Shown here piece after piece: positions 49,831-59,110 of a stretch of 64,000 nucleotides of DNA; position 1 is the first letter of the stretch; every line of letters starts with the position of its first letter. The DNA comes from Mobula hypostoma (lineage: Eukaryota), in assembly GCF_963921235.1 (NCBI RefSeq), contig NC_086097.1:133178001-133242000 (forward strand), read 5' to 3'. The notes beneath the pieces were generated by a model. It saw only the letters and a list, made by a program, of their open reading frames with translations, did no database searches and was not told the origin of the DNA. Both the position numbers and the translations under genes were made by a program.

Positions 49831-51769
49831 GAGAATCTTCAGAATTTTTCAAGCTGAGGCCAGTGGAGGCTTGGTCGTTGAGTTCATTTACAAGAGAGGC
49901 TGGGCTTATGTTTCACCACTCCCCTTCTCTTCTTTATACTGGCCAGCTCACCTTTGCAACGTGACTGATGCAGAGTTTTGACCCAAAATATCAAGTATTC
50001 CTTCTCCTGCACCCTCACATCTGCAGTGTTCCTCGAGCACGTTGTTTGTTGCTCCAAATTCCAGCATCTGCAGTATCTTGTGTCTCCAGAGATTGATAGG
50101 TTTCTGGATGTTATCACACTGTGTTAGTAGTGACAAGGACTCAGGTTGGGGGGGGGGCGCGGGTGCGGAGGGCAAGGTGGTGGAGTTGCTCATGTATCCT
50201 TCACACACTTTGTGCCTACATTGGCCTTCTCAGCTGCCTCTCGTGGCTCTGATGATCAGTGATGTTTAAAAACAGTTGAAAGCAATTTTAAAAGGCAAAG
50301 CATTAGAAGTGGGCCTGTGGGATTAATGTGGATGTGCTGAAGGGCTGGCATGGATGTGGTGGGCTGAAGGGCCTGTCACTGTGCTCTGCCACTTTATTTA
50401 TTTATTTTTTTAATTTACACGATAACAGGCCCTTCCGGCCCAACAAACCTGCACTGCATAGTTACATGCATGTGACCAATGAATCTCCTAACCCGTGTGT
50501 CTTTGGAATGTGGGAGGAAACCAGATCACAGACAGTGGCAGAATTGAACCCGGATTGCTGGTGCTCTAATAGCATTACGTGACCACTACATTACCATGTC
50601 ACCCCAACCTGATGATTATTATGTAAAATAAAGACTCATAAATTAAATGCATTAATTAAAGATTCCAAACCACTTACCTTCTCTGTTCGTTTCAGAGACT
50701 CGTTGCAATTGAACACAGCTGTGCCAAATCCTAGCAGAAAGCTGCATAACTGGATACAAAATGCATCCAGCCCCTTGGTGCAGAACAGTCTCCGTCCTCT
50801 CCTGACTGAGCAGGGATGGGATGGGCTGGTGGCTGGGTCCAGTCCATCCAAACTTCTGTATTACAGTGTGCATGACCAGAAAGCAGAGGTGCATTAGAAA
50901 ACAGTGCTAGCCAGCAGTTGTCCAAGGACATGCTAGCTAGCCATTAGTTATTTTCTATTTTGTGGCAAACTGTTTTCCTAGTTAGGGACATGCTGTAAAC
51001 ATATAATCCAGTTGCCTATATCCTTAAATATCTGAAGTTACTCCTTGGGCTTAGAAACCAGAGTTAAATGGACAACTTTGTGAATATTATTGTAAAAGAA
51101 GCTTGTTTAATCTTCTGAAAACCATCCTCTGACTAAATATTTGTTTCCTTACTAGGTCTTTGTATCAGCTTTTCAAGCCTCAGTGCAATGATGAAGTGGT
51201 CGAGGCAGAATGGTTGTCTTAATGGCTTTACAATCAAAATGCGATTTCTGAGTTTGTATTGATTCTTGACCTGCTCATGTAAATGTTGAGCCATAAAACT
51301 TGCCAGTTACAAGGGAAAAAAACTCTATTTCTCCCACCAAAAACTGATCTAATTTTTATTTTAAACCTCAAACTGCTCTATAGGATTCAGCTTGACCACC
51401 AACAAAGGACATTAACCATGTTCTGTCACCAAAACCCCCACTTTGTTTCATAATCAATAACCTCATTCAGTCAAACAAGGCACAACTGTTGAACCATATT
51501 TAATATGCTGCTGTTTTGTTACTGTGCCGAGCCTCAAATAACGTGTGGACTTCGCTGTTGTTTCAGTTTGCATCTGATAAACTTATTTTTTAAAATTGTG
51601 TTAATATTTCACATGGGTTTAATTTTCTTAAAAGAAAGGGTAGGATTAATAGAAGATATTATTTGGCCTTTGTAGTAAAACTGAAAATTAGGTTTGCGCT
51701 AATACTGTGGAGTTGGTGGCAAAATAATAAGACTGCCTTTGTGAAAAACAGCATTGTTCTGGGACGCTA

Positions 51770-52020
51770 TCTGAGAAGCCCACATTCATTACTTGTACTT
51801 GTTGTTTGCAGCAGAGACAGATGTTACTCAGAACAATGGGTCCCCCTCACAGCAGAAGATGGTGGCGACAGGCTCCAAGAGTGCAGAAGGCCCAGAGGAT
51901 GCCAGCACAGCTGAGCCAGCTGTTCGCCCCCACTTGGTCCGCCTCTTTTCTCGTGACGCGCCAGGACGTGAAGACAACACCTTCAAAGACCGCCCATCAG
52001 TATCTGAAGAACTCCAGGCC
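51770..52020 (+). promoter_or_regulatory. MBP: Classic MBP proximal promoter overlapping the Golli coding exon
   Basis: Sox-type AACAATG at 51832-51838, GC-rich CGCCCCCAC at 51925-51933, CCGCC at 51939-51943, and TATA-like TTCAAA at 51982-51987. The mammalian classic MBP TSS is known to lie inside this exon, about 30 nt downstream of TTCAAA. Confidence 0.7.
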
Positions 52021-52266
52021 ATCCATGAGGATAGCTCAGTTCCTGTGGTGGAACCACATTTGATGGAAGTGCAGAAACTGAGCTCACAATCGTTAAGTAG
52101 TTCGGACAAGAAGGGGAAAGAAGCAAAACAGATGGCATCGGCAAGCACCTCAGACCATGCTAAGCAAGCAGGAGCCCATTCAAGGCAGAGAGACTCTGGT
52201 CTACTTGACCAGCTGGGAAAATTTTTTGGACAAGAAGGATCCAGGAAAGTACCTGAAAAAGGAAAG
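51812..52266 (+). CDS. MBP: Shared Golli / classic myelin basic protein exon (mammalian exon 5a/5b equivalent)
   Basis: Acceptor ttgtttgcag|CAGAG and donor GGAAAG|gtgagc. Translation [10 protein letters not shown]...[36 protein letters not shown] matches the Golli domain (human EADANQNNG...[36 protein letters not shown]). [45 protein letters not shown] from ATG 52132 matches the recalled elasmobranch MBP N-terminus. Confidence 0.97.
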
Positions 52267-52284
52267 GTGAGCTCAGAGGGATAG
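52267..52284 (+). CDS. MBP: In-frame read-through extension VSSEG* (BG21/HOG5-type Golli C-terminus, exon 5c equivalent)
   Basis: gtg agc tca gag gga tag continues the exon frame past the donor. Mammalian read-through Golli isoforms end in VSSEE (human) or VSSEP (mouse), as recalled. Confidence 0.75.
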   Translation: MSSEG

Positions 52285-55200
52285 AGGACTGAACAGCTAC
52301 TTTAAACCCCTCAGAAGAGGGTTCTGCAAACTGTTCCTGAGTCAGCAAGAATTGACATAGCTGTTCACTCACTCCAAATTCTAAATGGGAGCTTTTAATT
52401 ATAACAATTCCTGTGTTTTCCATTTGTTTCTTTAAGTGGCTTGCTTGGAATGTTGAGAGAATTAGTAGTGCGTTACTCCTCCTTTTGCAAATACACTCCT
52501 GTTTAATATGTAGATATTAAAATAGTTTCTGGTGAAATGGCGTATATTGCAGGGTACTGGGAAGTTCTGAAAGAAACAAAGCCTAAACTTTTGAGGATCT
52601 TGTGGTATATGGGCAACTAATTTGTAAAAAAAAATTATGCAAAGAGTTTTACAAATCCTTGCTGTATTTGTTGTTGATATAGTATTATAATAACTGTAAT
52701 TGTCATTGTCTCTGGATGTTTGATAATGCTGGAAATCTGCAGTGAGTTAGAATTACCTCTGCAGTTAATATCCTTCCTTGGATGTGATCAATGGCATTTT
52801 AACTTTGGTTGATTGGCTATCAATCTCCAGAAGAATCAACTGAATGACTTGAATCTCCCATGTAGATTGAGATAGAATTGGGCAATGCTTTAATGTCGCT
52901 GACTCTGGAGAGAGAGTGATAGATCTCCTACGTGGAAGTATATTTTTGTGACTTTGCTCTGATCGGTTTATAGGATATCATCGACCTCACTGGAAGTGCT
53001 ATTCAAATTAATCGATTAATTAATTGGAGTCAGTTGCAGTTTTGTAACTGGCTATTTATTGGACCTTCTTAAAAATTTCTAAAAAATCAGACAGTTTTGA
53101 CTCAACATGATTCATTTTGCTATTCAGGCATGTTTTTTCCATTGCTGCTCTGTACAATTATTGCAGAATTGAAATGAAAGCTCAAAGTAAATTTTATTAC
53201 CAATGACCAGTGGTCAAACTTATAGTTACCACTGAACAGATAATCTCATGTAGCTTTGTGTACTCCATGTAAGTCAGAATTGCCCGTTTCTTTCCTTATA
53301 ATCTTTTTTCCAAAGAATACAATCCAAGTGGAGACTGCAAAGGATCGAAATAGATGTCCTGCATATCTTGCGCATGAGTTTGTGGCAACAGTTTGCCATC
53401 ATCGCTATTGCCAATGATAGTTGTTTTATTATTCCTGGAATAAATATGGACTGCTGAACAAAATATCCTACACGGGATTTTTGTAAAGTGCTTTTGAACT
53501 TTGTCAAAGCCAGTATTAGATTTGAACAAGAAGATTGTAAATGTTACTCTATCTTGCAAAATCGCAATTGATTTGGATAGCAATGACCATGAAATCCTGC
53601 TAAAATTCCTTTTGGTGAGGAAGCTGTGAATTTTCTTTCCCCATCTATGTACAGTATAAGAAATAACTTGTCTGGTTTTCTTTTTAAAATATTGCATGTT
53701 GCATTGTCCTTTAATGAAGGCTGCCGATTAATCTATTTATAGATTTTGTTTTAAGCTCTACGGTTAGGATAAGTACAAAGTTAAACAAGGTTTCATTTGC
53801 ACTCTACTTAATTAGAAGCTCTGAGGTGAGAAATCTCTTTGCTCAGGGTTATAAATCTGTGTAGCCTTCTACTCAGTGCTATAAATTCACCCTTACTGAG
53901 CATATTCAAGAATAATGGGGTTTTTGGAAATACAGAATCAAGGGCTATAGAAATTGGACAATTCGAGCAGAGACCCTAGTCTAACTGGATATGGGAACAG
54001 TACTAATGGTCTATTCCAGCTCTTGTTTCTGAACATTCTTGTGTTAGTCCTCTTGGAAAGAGAATCTAAGTACATTACGTAGGAGTAAGAAGTTGTCAAG
54101 GTAGTAGTGAAGTACATTGTATTGTCTTTGTGGCACAGCAAAGAACGTAAAAGGAGTTGTGGTACGTGTTCCAAATGACCCAATGCAGTGAGATGCTTCA
54201 TTCAATTCATTGCTGGTAATAACAGCAGAAGGGTCCATTTCCTAGTCGTATCCAGGAGGGAAGGAACTCCCTCCTCCCTATAGGTTCAAGAGAATATTCA
54301 TCCAAGAAAAGTATGAAGCAATCTTGTGATTTATTCAAGACAGGAGTATTGATTATATTATATTCTAAACAATTCTTCAGGCAGGGAAGTGTAGACTACC
54401 ATCAAAAGTGAATGTAGAGCACGCTTTGCATCTGGCATTGTTCCAGGAGCTTGTACTTAATACTAAGGAATTAACTGCAGCCGTTGCAAATCTGAAACAA
54501 ACAGGAAATGCCCAGAAGTCAGGCAGCATCTGTGGAGGAAGAAACAGTTAGCTTCTGTATTTTGTTCATTAGAACTGGGAGATGGTGGATGTTCCAGAAT
54601 AGAGATAAAGTGGGAGCAAGGGTGGAGAGAAGGAAAAGGAAAGTTTGTGATAGGGTGGAAGGTGGGAACTAGCAATGATGAAAGGGGCAATGGAAAAGAA
54701 GCTGGTCTTGGAACAACTTGGTCTGGAGCAGGTGACAGTGGGAGTAAACTTGGGGCCAAGTCATTGCCTGTCATGTTTTGCTTTGTGAACCTATCTTGAT
54801 GCCCAGTCAGAGCCTCTTCGCACATTGAGATACCATCCGAAGTTGCATTTGCTTGAGGACCTTTTTCACCTTCCCCTGCTCTTGTCAATTTGCATTAGTT
54901 CTAAAGCTTTTGCCATCCCATTAACCCAACCCATGGCAGAAGATGCAGCTGCCATCAGTTCTTTGTGCGAGAGGTACAGTGACATTAAACCCAATTTACA
55001 GCAAAGCAGATTCCTTGATGGAACAAAAGTAGCTGCCTGGAATTTCGACGCCCACAGCCTCGTAAAGAATGACCACTGAATTTCTCTCTCTCACACACAG
55101 AGAAATTGTTCAAGCATACCATCAATAAATTTGCATTTATTTTTGCCAGTACAGGGTGCCATTTTATTCAATAGTGGATGGTAGCATTGTTTTCTGTAGG

Positions 55201-55896
55201 AGTATTGTCACAACACAGAGAGTGACACCATGGAATAATATGTCTTTATATTCGGCCTGTTGATCAAGCATTTTAGCAGAGCTCAAATTCCTCTGTGTTC
55301 TATGCGCAGAGTATGACTGAATCACCCTTTCAACCAGCTTGTCTCTGGACTGGAACAGTGGTGCAGCTGGTAGGACCGCTCCCTCTCAGCGCCATGAGTC
55401 TCGTGATAAAGAAATACAGAAATGCTACATTTGTGTAGAATGACCTGGATCCTGCCAATTCAATAGGTGGTGTACAACCTCTTGAGCTTTAGAGTAAGCA
55501 TGCTGGTGGATGGTTTCCCACAACAGGTTTGATGTGACCTGAGCTTTGTGGAGCTGCTTTTTCCATTACTGCCTGGCTGATGTCCACACTTGATTATACA
55601 GTATCAATGCCATTGGCTGTCCTTGGCTTTATATAGGCATCAAGACGCCTAGCTGTTTAACTTGGGATCAATGCCAGCAAACACCTTGGGTCTCTGCTTT
55701 GTCACTTCACCCCTGCCTGAGAACAACCAATCTGCCAGGGCATGTGCCATACTTCTCTTCCCCTCCCCCGTCTCTCTTCAGTCCTATTTTACCCTGTCTG
55801 CTGTCCTAAAACTCTCACTACTCTGCCCAGGTTTTCTCCTCCTGTATACTTCTAGTCTTTGTCTCCCAAATGTGAAGCAGTAAAAATAAACATAAT

Positions 55897-56121
55897 CACA
55901 TCAAAGTTGCTGGTGAACGCAGCAGGCCAGGCAGCATCTCTAGGAAGAGGTACAGTTGACGTTTCAGGCCGAGAACCTTTGTCAGGGCCTGACAAAGGGT
56001 CTCGGCCTGAAACGTCGACCGCACCTCTTCCTAGAGATGCTGCCTGGCCTGCTGCGTTCACCAGCAACTTTGATGTGTGTTGCTTGAATTTCCAGCATCT
56101 GCAGAATTCCTGTTGTTTGCG
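55897..56121. mobile_element. Young fold-back PLE pLTR mini-element with 14-bp TSD
   Basis: 90-nt arms at 55897-55986 and 55988-56077 (86/90 complementary, 1-nt centre), then a 44-nt tail. Flanked by AAAATAAACATAAT at 55883-55896 and 56122-56135. Confidence 0.93.
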
Positions 56122-57840
56122 AAAATAAACATAATGTTACAATGTTACAATACTTAAATGTATGAAAAGATTGTTGTGGAAGTTGCTATGGAAATGCAGG
56201 TTATTTGGCCGCACCTTCATTCTACCTTCAACTAATGACGATTAAACCCCGAACCCCCCCCCCGCCCCCGTTCTCTGTCCATAGCTTTCTTGGACTTGCA
56301 CCATCTGCTGCCTCACCCACTTACCTGCCCTTTAATCAGTAACTGCTGCCAACCCTGCCTCGTTCATGAATCTGAGTGTCAACTTCCAGCTGTGCCTGCT
56401 GCGTTTGGTCAGGAAACGCTGGCACAAATATTTCAACCAGGTCTCATCGGGTAGAATTTATTGGAGAGTGGGGAGAGGAGAGGAACTGAGAGAGTTGGGG
56501 TTTGAGTGTTTTGTTCTGGAAGACACTGTGAGGATACAGAGAAACAGGGCAGATTAATTCCATCTCTAAGCAAAACAAAGACCTGCAATGACCTAATATG
56601 ATTTTTATTTTGTAATTGGTTAATTATTGTTACCTGTACTGAGATAAAATGAAAAGCTTTTGTGTGGTGTCAAGACACGCTGTTCAATAAGTACATGAAG
56701 TAATAACAAAGGGAAAACAAAATAATGCAGAATTTAGTGTTAGAGTTAACAAGGTAGTGCTGTGCAGGTAGACGAATAGTACAAGGGCCATGATGAGGTT
56801 GACCAAGAGACCAAGAGTTTTCCTTTATAATACAAGAAATCCATTCAAGTCTCATAGCAGTGGGATGGAAGCTTCCTTGAGCCTAGTGGTAAATTCTTGT
56901 GCTTTTATATCTTCTGTCCAATAGGAGGGGGAAAAGAGAATTGCCAGGGTGGAAGAGGTCCTTGATTGTGTTGGCTGCTTTCACAAGGCAGCAGAAAATG
57001 TAGCGAGCCCATAGAGAAGGAGGCTGGTTTCCATGATAGACTGGGCTGCATCTCTTGTAGTATGGGGCAGGGTACTTGACATTCCTAAACTTGTGCATCT
57101 CAATAGGGCATTTTCTTTAGTGCACCAGTATGACTATGAAGCTTCCTAGGTCAAAAGAAACCCAAGAGTAATGACCATAAAATGAATCTGAATTGAAATC
57201 AAAGATCAAATGCCTTGCTGGTCTTCACTGTGCAGAAAACCCAAGGAACAGTACTACCTTAAAGATTCTCCCTTTTAAAGATGTCTGTCAAAAATGAATA
57301 TAATGATCTCAACATGAGTGCCGTATAATGCATGGCTTTGTATGAATGTGATCATCTTTATATTGTGTAGATATTCAGTAGATAAATTGCCCTCATGATC
57401 TAGCAGATAATTAGTATTTAAAGATTACAGCCTTTCTGTATAGAAAGGCCAGACCATTCATGTATACTTTCCCTTCAGTATTACTAGATACACTGTAAAC
57501 ACAGTACAGTCAAGCAAGATCTACTCTGCAAACTTGGGAGTGAGATTGCTGGTTGAATTGATGATCTAACCATCATGATTTGGGACATAAAACTAGATTG
57601 ATTCTTGTACCATCCTTTGGGTCTTGTTCTTCAATTTTCTTGGATCGGCTGTTACAGCCACCACAGCCAAGAAAGCAGGTGACCAGAGCTCTGAGTCATA
57701 AGCTTGTGTCCTCATCCCTCTGTAAGTGGATGCTAGGAAATATTTAGCAGCAAGGTCATCTCCCAGGTAACGGTAATTGAGACTGCTGCTTGGCCTGTGG
57801 AGCGGGAGTGAGATAGGAAGAGTGCGCATTATTAACCTGG

Positions 57841-58170
57841 AGCAACACACTCAAAATGCTGGAGGAACTGAGCAGGTCACGCAGCATCGACGGAGTGGAA
57901 TAAACAGTCACTACTTTGGACGAAGACCCTTCATTGGGACTGGAAAGGAAGTGGGGTGAGGAGGTGGTGTACCAGCTGACAAATGAGAGGTGAGACCTGC
58001 CAGTTGTACTCCTTCCCCTCGCCCACCTACTTATTCTGGCTTCTTCCTGCTTTTCCAGTCCAGATGAATAGTCTCAGCCCAAAACATTGATTGTTTATTC
58101 CCCTCCATTGATGCTATCTGAGTTCCTCCAGCATTCTGTGTGTTGCTGAGGAATTCCAGCACCTGCAGCA
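57841..58170. mobile_element. Inverted pair of PLE pLTR fragments
   Basis: agcaacacactcaaaatgctggaggaactgag... pairs with ...ctgagttcctccagcattctgtgtgttgct. Each arm has a decayed hammerhead motif. Confidence 0.85.
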
Positions 58171-58799
58171 TTGTTGACCATGCTGTTTGAATAACTCGGT
58201 GGAATCTTTACCCAATCACGATTCTTATGCCAAGTAATCCAGATTTATGGAATGCTATGTACATTGATCATATGTTTGGTATTTACTTACATGCAATCAA
58301 TAAAATGAATGGTACTTTGAGTTATTTTCAAAATGTGTTGTTTCAAACATTATTGCATCATTTTCTTCTGTGGCTGAAAATTAACGATACATTCCAGTAA
58401 CACTATCCTACTGATTATCAGTGGATGTGGCCGAATATGTCACATGGTGATCGTGGCTTCAATATCATTCCGAAATGCATTGCAAAAACATAATGTAAAC
58501 TGTTGTTAATTGCTTACATTAAAGTCTAACTTGGGCTTAACCATTGTACACATTTGCCTGTGCATTGGTGTGTGTTTGCACATACTTGTCTCTCATCTGT
58601 ATATGTATAATGTTGGATTTCTGATGTTAATTTCTGATTTCTGATGTTAAGCTACCTACCACATTGTTTGGAAGAAATTATTGTCTTTTGGTAACCCACT
58701 TTCTGAAAAGATTGTAGAGCCGCTACTATTATCGAGGTTGCTCTGCCTTGGCTTGATCTTAGCCTTTTCTCAATGCCTTGATCTTGGCTCAATCTTATC

Positions 58800-59110
58800 C
58801 CTAAATGTTGTGGGTTCAAATCCCATTTAAGATGCTTAACCAATCCAAGTATGGAGCCTGCACCGTCACAGGTGCTAACTTCGGACAATCTCTCGGGTGA
58901 GCACTGAAGTGCTAATCACGATATTTGACGATGTATGTTTATTAACAATTATCACTGAACTACGAGGTCTAAAACAGACTTACTGGTTTATTCTGTCACT
59001 GTTATGGGATTCTGCTAAGTGCAAATTGGCTGCTATGTTCCTTAGTTATAATGGTGACTACATTTAAAGTAACTAATGCAGCATATGTGAAACATTTGAA
59101 GATTGGTAGA
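58800..59110 (+). mobile_element. Ancient Deu-domain SINE (SacSINE1/AmnSINE-like)
   Basis: gggttcaaatccca B box and ...gtgcaaattggctgctatgttcct...gtgactacattt, resembling the recalled DeuSINE 3' region. Related decayed copies lie at about 20890-21020, 42900-43140 (-), 48880-49150 (-) and 62190-62560. Confidence 0.6.

Larger units (their letters stand above)
1427..51811 (+). other. MBP: Golli-MBP intron (50,385 nt, GT..AG, phase 1)
   Basis: Bounded by the donor at 1427 and the acceptor at 51811. G+CA gives Ala and keeps the frame. An unrecognised non-coding alternative first exon inside it cannot be excluded. Confidence 0.85.

Noticed and set aside
51793..51811. ORF-track N-terminus MYLLFA of the 163-aa ORF
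   Set aside because: It starts at a TTG inside the polypyrimidine tract and is intronic. The exon begins at 51812.
55852..56128. Mirror-image ORFs on both strands with near-identical peptides
   Set aside because: An artefact of the DNA palindrome, not protein-coding genes.
57593..57850. 85-aa minus-strand ORF containing KYFLAST, superficially like mammalian MBP KYLATAST
   Set aside because: Wrong strand, no further similarity, and it starts inside a PLE remnant. Treated as chance.
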